A stretch of DNA of 61,835 bases from Candidatus Micrarchaeota archaeon (GCA_040753215.1 JBFMEZ010000005.1:1-61835); one strand, 5' to 3'. Shown: positions 38,608-47,919, counted from the first letter of the stretch. Made by a program: numbers and translations. The notes: generated from the sequence alone by a model not told the origin.

Positions 38608-40011
38608 ATGCGCATGGATTTTTCTTCGACCGCGGAGATAGGGCTGCCCAGGGACCCTCTCGAATGGGTTATCGGGCAGGAGAACGCGGTCCGCATAGCC
38701 AGGGTGTGCGCCTCCCAGCGCAGGCATCTCCTTCTTGTGGGCGCGCCCGGCACAGGGAAGAGCATGGTTGCGCGCGCAATTGCAGGCCTTCTCCCCAGGC
38801 CCGGATTTGAGGTTTCTGTCCTGCACAACCCATCCCGCCCGGAGAAGCCCGTGCTTTCCGTGCGCAGCGGCAACATGATAAAATCAGAGAAGCCGAAGGA
38901 ATTCGGAGTAGTTCTCCTTCCCGGGGAAGTCCCCGGGTTCGTCTCCGAGCAGCTTGGGATGAGGTGCAGGAGGTGCGGCGGGCTTTCCCATTCCCGGATT
39001 CCCTCTTGCCCGCACTGCGGCGCGGACAAGGTCCGGAAGCCGGTTGTCGGTTTCCGGTTTCCGGAGCATTCGCAGAAGAATGTGGTGGAGGCGGTGCGCA
39101 CCCGCATGGACGGCAGCGAGGAGATGCTGATTTATGAGCGTACGAATGACGACTGCGTCCGCATGCTTACGGAAAAAGAGCTGAAGGCGAGAAAAGAATA
39201 CGAAGCGAAGATGATGAGGAAAGTGATAGTCCCGCTCAGCCGCCCAACCTTCGTGCAGGTCGTCGGCAATAATGAGACCGAGCTCCTCGGCGACGTGCGC
39301 CACGACCCGTATGGGGGGCACCCGGAAATCGGCACGCAGCCCTACATGCGTGTGGTCGCGGGCGCGGTCCATGAGGCGCATGAGGGGGTGCTTTTTGTGG
39401 ATGAGATGGCTACTTTGGGAGAAACCCAGCGCTTCCTTCTCACCGCGATGCAGGAGAAGAAGTTTGCGATTACCGGAAGGAATCCCAACAGCGCAGGCGC
39501 AGCAGTGAGGGTGGAAGATGTTCCCTGCGACTTCATTTTAGTAGGTGCGCTGAACATAAACGATTTGGGCAATCTGAGCCCCGCCCTCCGCTCCCGCATA
39601 AGGGGAAGCGGCTACGAAGTTCTTCTGAACACTTCCATGGAAGACACTCCGGAAAACCAAACAAAAGTGACACAGTTCGTTGCGCAGGAAATCAAGGGAG
39701 ACGGAAAAATACCACATGCTTCTTCCGCCGCAGTAGAAGAGCTTCTAGAAGAATCCAGAAGGATATGCAAGGAGGCGGACGGAAAGAAGGGGCTTACATT
39801 GAGGTTCAGGAATTTATCCGGGCTCATTAGATTAGCCGGAGACCTTGCCAAGTCTGAAAAATCCGAACTAATCCAAAAAGAGCACGTGCGCTCCGCGGTA
39901 ATTTTCGCAAAATCCGCGGAGGAACAGCTGAGCGACAAATACGAAAACCCCTGGAGCGCCGGCATGGCTGATTTCGGCGTGCGGAGCAGGAAGGGAAGCG
40001 AAACCGTTTAG
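38608..40011 (+). CDS. LonB-related AAA+ ATPase without protease domain, with a zinc-ribbon insert
   Basis: VIGQENA, GAPGTGKS, LLGDVRHDP, LFVDE, PALRSR; CRRC..CPHC insert. Confidence 0.85.
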   Translation: MRMDFSSTAEIGLPRDPLEWVIGQENAVRIARVCASQRRHLLLVGAPGTGKSMVARAIAGLLPRPGFEVSVLHNPSRPEKPVLSVRSGNMIKSEKPKEFGVVLLPGEVPGFVSEQLGMRCRRCGGLSHSRIPSCPHCGADKVRKPVVGFRFPEHSQKNVVEAVRTRMDGSEEMLIYERTNDDCVRMLTEKELKARKEYEAKMMRKVIVPLSRPTFVQVVGNNETELLGDVRHDPYGGHPEIGTQPYMRVVAGAVHEAHEGVLFVDEMATLGETQRFLLTAMQEKKFAITGRNPNSAGAAVRVEDVPCDFILVGALNINDLGNLSPALRSRIRGSGYEVLLNTSMEDTPENQTKVTQFVAQEIKGDGKIPHASSAAVEELLEESRRICKEADGKKGLTLRFRNLSGLIRLAGDLAKSEKSELIQKEHVRSAVIFAKSAEEQLSDKYENPWSAGMADFGVRSRKGSETV

Positions 40012-40073
40012 TCTAATGTGTAGTGCGGAAAGAGATTTGCTTAGTAGCAATCAACTAATTGACTTCGTAGCGG

Positions 40074-41075
40074 TCAAATGATTTTTGCACGATTTGGTGC
40101 AAATAATTCTTGCACTGTTTCTGGATAATGTTCTGCATATCTGCTTAAAGCCTTTTTCTCCTGCCAGACAGAGGCAGGAGTCTTGCCCTCAAGGCCCCCA
40201 TGCTCCCTCTCTTCGTTGTATTCTTCCAGGAATGCCTTGAGCTTGCTGTTCAGGTCATCCAGCCTCTCAAACCTCTGGACGTCGAGGAATTCCTCCTTCA
40301 GGGTCCTTATTGCCCTCTCAATATGGGCATTCTGGTTGGGTCTTCCGAAGTCTATGAACTTCAGCCTTATCCCGAGGGATTCGACAAATTCCCCATACCT
40401 GTTTTTCCTGCGCCTGCTTTTCTTCACCTTCTTGGGCCTGCCTCTTTTCCTCTTCTTTGGGACAAGATAGACAAACTGCCTCCCGTTGTCTATCCGGATC
40501 ATCTTCATGAAGCCAAACGCAAGGATGAGCTTCTTCGTGAAGTCTATGGCATTGTCAGTTGTCTTTCGTCGGTAGGACTCTGCAAACACCCGTCTGGTGC
40601 ACCTGTCTATTCCAACGTAGGTATAGACCTTTCCGACTCCTTTCAGTCTGTGCTCCTTGATGTCAATGAGAACCTTCTCATTGGGCAGGTACTTCCTGCC
40701 CCGACGTTTCCCCTTTCTCTTCCTTCTCTTCGGAGGAATCGAATGTTTCCTGAGCCAGTATCTTATGGTGTTCTTGCTGAGGCCGACACCCCTCTTTCGT
40801 CTGAGATGCCACATTATACGTCGGTAGCCCCATTTCTTCTTGAGCCGCAGCTCAAGAATCTCCTGCTCAAGCTCAGCATCGACTTTCTTCCTGGAGCTGG
40901 TTTTTGGACCTCTTTTCTGAAGGAGAAGGGATTCAACGCCTCCGTCAAACCTCTTTCTCCAGTAGAAAACCGTTCTTCTGCTCACTCCAAACTCCTTTGC
41001 AGTCTCAGCAACAGACTGCCCTTCCTGCAATCTCTTGAGAATCTCCAGTTTCTCCTGCACGGTTATCACGGCCAT
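40074..41075 (-). CDS. DDE (rve-type) transposase, IS481-like
   Basis: N-terminal HTH, LIDIK, IRIDNGRQF, PNQNAHIER, YNEEREH. Confidence 0.92.
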   Translation of the reverse strand: MAVITVQEKLEILKRLQEGQSVAETAKEFGVSRRTVFYWRKRFDGGVESLLLQKRGPKTSSRKKVDAELEQEILELRLKKKWGYRRIMWHLRRKRGVGLSKNTIRYWLRKHSIPPKRRKRKGKRRGRKYLPNEKVLIDIKEHRLKGVGKVYTYVGIDRCTRRVFAESYRRKTTDNAIDFTKKLILAFGFMKMIRIDNGRQFVYLVPKKRKRGRPKKVKKSRRRKNRYGEFVESLGIRLKFIDFGRPNQNAHIERAIRTLKEEFLDVQRFERLDDLNSKLKAFLEEYNEEREHGGLEGKTPASVWQEKKALSRYAEHYPETVQELFAPNRAKII

Positions 41076-41139
41076 CCAGCCACCTCACAGGTGGCTTTAC
41101 CGTGCAAAAATTATGTACCCTATTTCGCGCAATAATCAT
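40078..41139 (-). mobile_element. IS481-like insertion sequence
   Basis: imperfect terminal inverted repeats of about 38 bp (40078-40115 / 41102-41139) around an HTH + DDE transposase. Confidence 0.85.
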
Positions 41140-41214
41140 CTTCCCCCTTTGTGTAGCTCTTCATAGAACACAACGATAAGAAAAAGAAATAAAATCCCAA
41201 GAGTGTAGGCAAGA

Positions 41215-41308
41215 GTCATTTCCGAATCATCGGACCAGTCGTTGTTGGCGTTGACGTTGCGCCTCCTGTTGTCATCGTTCCAGTTGTTGCCGCGCCCAAG
41301 AGGGCCGC
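41215..41308 (-). other. DGR template repeat (TR)
   Basis: AAC-rich copy of 41836-41935 that differs at adenines. Confidence 0.9.
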
Positions 41309-41531
41309 CCAATGTAACCCGCTTATTAAAACAACACGGCTTTGGCTCCAGCAAGGTGAGCCTTACGTGTTCCACTGCAGTTCCAGTTTTCGCAAAAGAA
41401 TAAACTACTAGCTGTCACTGCTGTATTTCACAGCCAATAATCAGGCGATTGTTGGCACTATAAGCGAGTGTGTGGCCCTTGCCTACAAGCAAGGGAATTT
41501 ACTTAGAAATAGAAAGTTAAAAAAGATAAGA

Positions 41532-42281
41532 TCAGGCTTTTGGCTGTATTGATTCTATTTTTCCTGCCAATTCTCTTAGGAAGGCTGCTTCATCTACAGT
41601 CGGCTTAATCAACCTTGCATAAGCCTCAGAGCTTAACATACCGCCCAATTTTTCTGTAAGCTCTTCTGCTGCTGCTTCTAATTGCGAGGCCCTTTCCAAT
41701 AAGGCCTTCGGGTCAGCAACATTAACCAGCTTTTCTTGCGCCACCCCGACCAGCGGCGCGGCCGCTCCCGATTGAACGACGCTTCGTTCAATGGGCGCAT
41801 TGTCGCCTGCGACAATCGCGTCGCGGCCAACCAACGCCACCCCCGAATCAACGGACCACCCGACGACGTCGTAGGCGTAGACGTTGCGCCTCCTGAGGTC
41901 ATCGTACCAGCGGTCGCCGCGCCCAAGAGGGCCGCTAAAGCGTTCATCTTGGCGACGCACAAGAAAAAGAGCATCTGGATCTGCCTTGTTGCTTTTACGG
42001 CCGTTCGGAATCGCGAATGGATTCCCGTCCGGTACATACCAGCCGTTTTCAAACGGCAGGTATATTTTAGTTTCTTTCCCCCCCTCGTCCCATGCTACTG
42101 CCTCAGTTGCACCTTTGCCGTATCTTATAGAGGTCGCTGTTCTTGCTGGCAAGAATCTACGGACGTTTTCCCAGTCAGTACGTATGGCCTCGGTAAGCAG
42201 TTTGTGAGTCAGCATCCTTCTTGGATCAGCCGTCCTTTCGTATTTCTGTCCACCATTAGCCTGAACTGCTGTTGCACCCAT
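41532..42281 (-). CDS. DGR target protein with internal variable repeat
   Basis: SD GAGGTG; VR encodes GPLGRGDRWYDDLRRRNVYAYDVVGWSVDSGV. Confidence 0.85.
   Translation of the reverse strand: MGATAVQANGGQKYERTADPRRMLTHKLLTEAIRTDWENVRRFLPARTATSIRYGKGATEAVAWDEGGKETKIYLPFENGWYVPDGNPFAIPNGRKSNKADPDALFLVRRQDERFSGPLGRGDRWYDDLRRRNVYAYDVVGWSVDSGVALVGRDAIVAGDNAPIERSVVQSGAAAPLVGVAQEKLVNVADPKALLERASQLEAAAEELTEKLGGMLSSEAYARLIKPTVDEAAFLRELAGKIESIQPKA
41836..41935 (-). other. DGR variable repeat (VR)
   Basis: about 15 substitutions versus TR, all at TR adenines, plus a 6-nt indel. Confidence 0.9.
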
Positions 42282-42659
42282 ATCTCCACCTCATTTTGAA
42301 TATCATCTTTTGATAATGATATTGTGCACCGATATATTTAAAAAACCACCTTTTGACATAAAAATACACGTGAGATATTGCCGAGACCTTTAAAACCTCT
42401 GCTCTCCAGAAGGCTACATCCAATAATTCAAATCCTCCCGTATTTTCCGAATCCTGACCGGCGATAGGTTTATGCCTCTGCTTGCCCATGTTCGCGCATG
42501 GGCAAACCCAAGAAAAGGGTGAACCCTAAGGTGAAATGCTCCCACCGAGTGCAGAGAGCTTATCTGAGGTCTGAACCTTCGGACCGGAAACCCGAAACGG
42601 GAAACCGGAAACTGGAGGCCCCTTAGTGGGGCGGAGAGAACACTCAGATAAAAATAGAA

Positions 42660-42734
42660 TGCTCCTGCCGGGATTTGAACCCGGGTCCACGGAGTGAGAG
42701 TCCGTTATCCTTGACCGGGCTAGACTACAGGAGC
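42660..42734 (-). tRNA. tRNA-Glu(CUC)
   Basis: GCTCCTG/CAGGAGC acceptor, ACGGA-CTCTCAC-TCCGT anticodon arm, GGTTCAAATCC. Confidence 0.95.
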
Positions 42735-42814
42735 TAAGCCGGGTGGAGAATTATTCCGCCTGAACACTATTTAAACTTGACGAAATGCAGAATAAAAAAA
42801 GAAAAAAGGGAGAG

Positions 42815-43606
42815 CTACTGGACGGTGAAGGTGGTCACGGTCCAGTCGTTGCTCGGGTCGTCCCCGTTCGCCTGGTCCGCGGTGAAGGTCTGCGTGTATG
42901 TCTGCCACGGCCCCTCGTTCAGCGAAACCCTGACCGTAACCGGCACGGGCGCCGTAACCCCATGCGCTGAATAATACCTCACCTTCACTGTATACGGCCC
43001 GGGTGCCGCCTGCTCCATGGTAAACGTCTCTGGCCCGAACCCATCCGTGTCGTCCAGGTCCAGGTTCCCTCCCGGTATCCCGTCAAGGTCGCTGTACCAC
43101 GCATGGTTGCCCTGCGGGTCGTATATGTGCAGGTCAACATCATTGTCATCCGTAGCCCAGGTTAGCGTCACCGTGATGTCCCTCGGCGGTATGTCCGCAT
43201 TCACGTTGAAGGAAGGGCTCGAATACACAGTGTTCCCGCCCGCATCCCTCACAACAACCATTATGTTGTTGCTCCCGGAATCCAGCACCAGGTCTCCGGT
43301 GAAGCCCCATTCCCCGGGGCCGCATTCAGAGCATGGGGCCGGCGTTACCTGCTGCTCGTTCCCGTTGTGCACGATGAACACGTCCCCCCCGAAAGTGTCC
43401 GCACCGGCCCCCGCAGGGTTCATCACCGTGCCGGAAACCGTCTGCACCCTTTGGGTGGTCGTGCCGCCGTTGGCCGTAACGGCCCCGTTGCGGTCCGTGA
43501 GCTGGCTCACAGCAGCACCGCCTCCTCCCCCCAGCAGGTCCGAAAGGCCGCATCCGCTCACGAGCAGCACAGCCAGTATTATCGCTGCTGCACTGTTGAA
43601 TTCCAT
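42815..43606 (-). CDS. lipoprotein with YfaP/DUF2135-like domain
   Basis: lipobox VSGC; VTLTW..DVDLHIYDP..LDLDDTDGFGPETF. Confidence 0.82.
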   Translation of the reverse strand: MEFNSAAAIILAVLLVSGCGLSDLLGGGGGAAVSQLTDRNGAVTANGGTTTQRVQTVSGTVMNPAGAGADTFGGDVFIVHNGNEQQVTPAPCSECGPGEWGFTGDLVLDSGSNNIMVVVRDAGGNTVYSSPSFNVNADIPPRDITVTLTWATDDNDVDLHIYDPQGNHAWYSDLDGIPGGNLDLDDTDGFGPETFTMEQAAPGPYTVKVRYYSAHGVTAPVPVTVRVSLNEGPWQTYTQTFTADQANGDDPSNDWTVTTFTVQ

Positions 43607-43667
43607 TTTTACACTATTCCGGCTTTCTGTGTTAAGAATAAAAAACCCTCACTTGTGAAATCCCCGC

Positions 43668-44777
43668 ATGCGCAAGCTTGCAATAGTGAATTTCATAGAG
43701 TCCTTCTTCTCCTCCGCCCTCGCCGTTGCGCTCCCTCTTTACCTCCTGCACACCGGCATAGACATAGAGGAGATAGGCATCATCCTTTCCGTTTCCCCAC
43801 TGGCCTTCCTCGTAATCCGCACGCTTACGGCCATGGCCGCGGAGGTGCTCGGCACCCGCATCTTCTTCCTTGCCACCTCCCTCTCCCAGGCGCTCTCATC
43901 GCTCATCTACATGTTTTCCTCAACCCCGCTGCTTTTCGGCGCAGGAAAATTCCTCGAGGGCGCCGCGTATTCCTTTTTCTGGGCGGTCAACCGCACAAAG
44001 GTGATAGAGCGGGAGGCGGCAAAGGAAACGGTCCTCGCAAAGCTCATCTCGGTCCGCATGCTCGCAGCAACGATAGGCACCGGTGCGGCGGGCATAATAA
44101 TCTCCGCATCTTTCGAGGCGCTCTTCCAGCTCCTGATTCTCGCCGGGCTCATAAGTTTCGTTACCTCGCTGTTTTTCTGGAGAGGAAGGGGGCGCGAGGC
44201 GAAAATAAAGCCGGCGGAGATGCTGAACCCGAAGGCGAGGGGCAGGGAGTTCTGGAAGGCCTCCTTCGCCATATTCTTCATACTTGCGGCGTTCTCGGCC
44301 CTTTTCTCCTTCCTTCTCCCCATCTACCTGCGGAGCGGGCTCGGCATAAGCTACGAGGGCATAGGCGCCCTAATGATGTTCTTCTACCTGGCGATTGCGC
44401 TCGGCAGCTACTCCGCGATACAGCTGGGGATGGGAGGGAAGCTCGTCCTCGCCTCCCAGGCCGCCACGATGCCGCTCATAATCCTCATCCCGCTCGCACC
44501 CGCCTACATATTCCCCATCCTCCTGCTCGCGGGCTTCGGCTTCGGGGTTTCCTTCGCGATGCAGGAGAAGATGCTGGTGAGGGTAACGCAGGATGCGAAA
44601 TACCTCTCCACAGATGTCGCGCTTCTCTACGTTCCCGGGAGAATAGGGGAATTCGCAACCCTCGCCGCGAGCGGGTTCGTGCTCGCCCTCTTCGGCAGCG
44701 CACCCCTGTTTGCGCTGTCCGCGCTGCTCATGGCCGGGTTCATCCATCTCTCCAGGGGCGTACTGGGCGGAAAATAG
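43668..44777 (+). CDS. MFS transporter
   Basis: about 12 TM helices in a two-halves arrangement. Confidence 0.8.
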   Translation: MRKLAIVNFIESFFSSALAVALPLYLLHTGIDIEEIGIILSVSPLAFLVIRTLTAMAAEVLGTRIFFLATSLSQALSSLIYMFSSTPLLFGAGKFLEGAAYSFFWAVNRTKVIEREAAKETVLAKLISVRMLAATIGTGAAGIIISASFEALFQLLILAGLISFVTSLFFWRGRGREAKIKPAEMLNPKARGREFWKASFAIFFILAAFSALFSFLLPIYLRSGLGISYEGIGALMMFFYLAIALGSYSAIQLGMGGKLVLASQAATMPLIILIPLAPAYIFPILLLAGFGFGVSFAMQEKMLVRVTQDAKYLSTDVALLYVPGRIGEFATLAASGFVLALFGSAPLFALSALLMAGFIHLSRGVLGGK

Positions 44778-44823
44778 GCAAATGGTTATAATCTATTTTC
44801 TTTCATAAGTTTCTGGTATTCTT

Positions 44824-46089
44824 ATGATAGACAAGGAAATAATCCGCAGCAACCCGGAGCTCCTCAGGAAGGCGCTCACGGACCGCGGGGCGGACCTCTC
44901 CATCCTGGGGGAGCTGGAGGGGCTGGATGCGAAATGGCGCGAATTGAAGGCAGAGGGGGACTCCCTTCGCGCTGAGCGGAACAAACTAGGGCTGGAAATA
45001 GCGGCCGCGGCGAAGGAGAAGAAGGACATTTCAAAGCTGAAGAAGAAAGGGGAGGAGATTGCAAAAAAGCTGGGGAAGGCGGGCGAAAAAGAGGAGAGGT
45101 TTGAAGAAGAGCGGAGGCAGGTCATGCTCCGCATCCCGAACATCCCGCACCCTTCTGCTCCGGTGGGGAAGGACAGCCGCGACAACCCAGAGGTGCGCAA
45201 GTGGGGAACGCCGAAAAAAAAGAGCGCGGATGTGGAGCCCCACCACGACCTCGGCCCGCGCCTGGGCGTGATAGATTTCGAGCGGGGGGTGAAGCTGGGC
45301 GGCCACCGCTTCACGGTGATGAGCGGATGGGCCGCAAGGCTCGAGCGCGCCTTGGTCTCCTTCATGCTCGCGCTGCAGATTTCGCGCGGATATAAGGAAT
45401 TCTACGTCCCCTACATGGTGAAGGGCGAAATCCTTGAGGGTACCGGGCAGCTGCCCAAGTTCGCTGAGGAGCTTTACCACACCGGGGGCGACGGGCTCTG
45501 GCTCATCCCCACTGCCGAAGTCCCCCTCACCAACCTCCACCGCGGGGAGATTCTGGAAGAGGCGCAGCTCCCGCTGAAATACTGCGCATTCACCCCCTGC
45601 TTCCGCAGGGAGGCCGGTGCTTATGGAAAAGACATAAAGGGGCTGATACGCCAGCACCAGTTCGATAAGGTGGAACTGGTGAAATTCTCCCTCCCCGAGC
45701 ACTCTTACAGGGAGCTGGAGGGGATGGTTAATGACGCGGAAACGGTGCTTAGGCAGCTCGAGCTCCCCTACAAGGTTGTGGAGCTTTGCACAGGGGACCT
45801 GGGCTTCGCCTCGGCAAAGACCTACGACCTCGAGGTGTGGATTCCCTCCCAGGACACTTACAGGGAGATAAGCTCATGCTCAGACTGCGAGGCGTTCCAG
45901 GCGAGGAGGGCAAACATCCGGGTGCGCAGGCAGAAGGGGCTTGAATTTGCCCACACCCTCAACGGGAGCGGCGTGGCCGTCGGCCGCGCGCTCATTGCGG
46001 TGGTCGAGAACCATCAGGAGGACCGCGGAATCCGCATCCCGAAAGCCCTGCAGCCGTATATGGAAACCGACTGGATTGATACCAGATGA
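44824..46089 (+). CDS. serS: seryl-tRNA synthetase
   Basis: GTGQLPKF, PTAEVP, FRREAG, RQHQFDKVE, HTLNGSG. Confidence 0.97.
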   Translation: MIDKEIIRSNPELLRKALTDRGADLSILGELEGLDAKWRELKAEGDSLRAERNKLGLEIAAAAKEKKDISKLKKKGEEIAKKLGKAGEKEERFEEERRQVMLRIPNIPHPSAPVGKDSRDNPEVRKWGTPKKKSADVEPHHDLGPRLGVIDFERGVKLGGHRFTVMSGWAARLERALVSFMLALQISRGYKEFYVPYMVKGEILEGTGQLPKFAEELYHTGGDGLWLIPTAEVPLTNLHRGEILEEAQLPLKYCAFTPCFRREAGAYGKDIKGLIRQHQFDKVELVKFSLPEHSYRELEGMVNDAETVLRQLELPYKVVELCTGDLGFASAKTYDLEVWIPSQDTYREISSCSDCEAFQARRANIRVRRQKGLEFAHTLNGSGVAVGRALIAVVENHQEDRGIRIPKALQPYMETDWIDTR

Positions 46090-46868
46090 TCTATCTAAGC
46101 AGTGAAGTCGTGGACAAGCTCCGCGCAGAGGGCACCGCAACCGTCTCTTTCGATTTCGGACGCACCTTCCGCAGGGCCTCCATCCGGGATTTGGAGGGAA
46201 TCCCGATAGACGAGATAAAGGGGAACTTCCTCTACGCATGGGACGGGAGGGACCTCTACAAGCTCGCAATCTTCGACAAGCACCTGTACAGGCTGCGCCT
46301 CCTTGCCGGCAAGCCCGTCCTTGAGATAGACGGCTTGCGGATGCACCTGGTAAAGGGATTTGCGGACGTTTTAGATTATTCCCGGGAAATTGCCCGCCTC
46401 CTCAGAATCGGACCCCGCGACACCGTGCTTGATACCTGCACCGGCCTCGGCTACACCGCCATCGCGGCTTCGAAGGCGGCAAAGAAGGTGGTAACGATAG
46501 AATGCAGCCGCGCCGCCCTGAAGCTCGCGGAATGGAACCCGTGGAGCAGGGAGCTTTTCCATTCCAGGAACATAGAGATAATCAGCGGGGACGCATTCGA
46601 AGAGGTGCCCCGGCTGGAGGGCGAATTCACGAAAATAATACACGACCCTCCCCGCTTCTCCCGCGCGGGGGAGCTCTACTCCGCGGAATTCTACCGCCGC
46701 CTCGCCTCAGTCTCCAGAAAGGGCGCCCTCCTCTTCCACTACTTCGGCAGCCCGCGCGCAGGGAGCAGGGACGTCTCCGCAGAGGTCAAGAGGCGCCTAC
46801 GGGAATCCGGCTGGGAGACCGCGGAATTCCATCCCGCGGTCCAGGGGTGCGTCGCAAGGAAGTTATAG
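46086..46868 (+). CDS. predicted archaeal SAM-dependent methyltransferase
   Basis: VLDTCTGLGYTA, NPWS, IIHDPPRFS.AGELYS. Confidence 0.85.
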   Translation: MIYLSSEVVDKLRAEGTATVSFDFGRTFRRASIRDLEGIPIDEIKGNFLYAWDGRDLYKLAIFDKHLYRLRLLAGKPVLEIDGLRMHLVKGFADVLDYSREIARLLRIGPRDTVLDTCTGLGYTAIAASKAAKKVVTIECSRAALKLAEWNPWSRELFHSRNIEIISGDAFEEVPRLEGEFTKIIHDPPRFSRAGELYSAEFYRRLASVSRKGALLFHYFGSPRAGSRDVSAEVKRRLRESGWETAEFHPAVQGCVARKL

Positions 46869-46956
46869 TAAAATATTTAAATCTTTCTACACATAAATAT
46901 ATAAATGTTTCTTGGAAACCTCTAAAAGCTTTTTTTGAAGTTCCAGGATTCAGAGG

Positions 46957-47877
46957 ATGGATTTTATGGATAAAAAAAGAGCATGCCCAGAATGCGGCTC
47001 CCCCAAGCTGATAAAGGACTACGAGAAAGGCGAGCTTATATGCGGAACCTGCGGCCTCGTGCTGACGGAAAGCATGCAGGACACCGGCCCGGAGTGGAGG
47101 GCCTTCGACGCCGAGCAGAAGGAGAAGAGGGCGAGGGGAGGCGCGCCCATAAAGTACATGCGCCCGAACAAGGGCCTAGTCACGGAGATAGACCAGTACA
47201 ACCGTGACATCCGGGGAGTCAAAATCTCTACGCGCAAGCAGGCGCAGTTCTACAGGATGAGGAAGTGGCACAAGAGGGTCTCAATCGCGACTTCCATGGA
47301 GAGGAACCTCACCATAGCGCTCGCGGAACTTGACCGCGTCGCTTCCTACCTCGGCCTTCCGGACGACATAAAGGAGGCGGCGGCCCTCCTCTACAGGAAG
47401 GCGGTCAAGGCGGAGCTGATACGCGGAAGGATAATCGAGAGCATCGTAGCTGCGGTCATATATGCAATCTGCAGGATACACGGCATACCGAGGACGCTGG
47501 ACGAGATTTCCAAGGCCTCAGCGATAGAGAAGAAGGAGATAGGCAGGGCGTACAGGTTCCTCAAGTCCGAGCTGGACCTCGACGTGCCGCTTACCGACCC
47601 CTCCTACTATGTGCAGAAGTTCGCCACGGCGCTGAAGCTGAGCGGCGATTCCCAGAAGAAGGCAGTGCAGCTCATCCGCAAGGCGGTCAAGAGGGGGCTC
47701 ATCTCCGGAAGGGGCCCGACCGGCGTCGCGGCCGCGGCCCTCTACATCGCATCCGCGATGACCGGGGAGAAGCGCACCCAGAAGGAGGTGGCGGACGTTG
47801 CCGGCGTCACCGAAGTGACGATAAGGAACCGCTACCGCGAGCTCAAGAAGGAGCTCGGGCTCAAGATAAACCTCTAG
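46957..47877 (+). CDS. tfb: transcription initiation factor IIB
   Basis: CPECGS zinc ribbon, GPEWRAF, two cyclin repeats, VTEVTIRNRYREL. Confidence 0.97.
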   Translation: MDFMDKKRACPECGSPKLIKDYEKGELICGTCGLVLTESMQDTGPEWRAFDAEQKEKRARGGAPIKYMRPNKGLVTEIDQYNRDIRGVKISTRKQAQFYRMRKWHKRVSIATSMERNLTIALAELDRVASYLGLPDDIKEAAALLYRKAVKAELIRGRIIESIVAAVIYAICRIHGIPRTLDEISKASAIEKKEIGRAYRFLKSELDLDVPLTDPSYYVQKFATALKLSGDSQKKAVQLIRKAVKRGLISGRGPTGVAAAALYIASAMTGEKRTQKEVADVAGVTEVTIRNRYRELKKELGLKINL

Positions 47878-47919
47878 GCCTTCCTCCCAATTTTTTAATT
47901 TTCTTCTCCTTTTACCAGC

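Noticed and set aside
41136..41375. 79-aa ORF as a real protein or avd
   Set aside because: It is the Asn-rich reading of the template repeat and shows no four-helix Avd character.
42455..42650. RNase P RNA, SRP RNA or c-di-GMP/glycine riboswitch
   Set aside because: Conserved cores (GAGGAAAGUCC, SRP helix 8, GACGCAAAG, CUCUCAGG) were not found; only short chance matches.
40012..42660. Integrated provirus or plasmid at tRNA-Glu
   Set aside because: No integrase, viral gene or duplicated tRNA 3' end was seen; only an AT-richer islet is supported.
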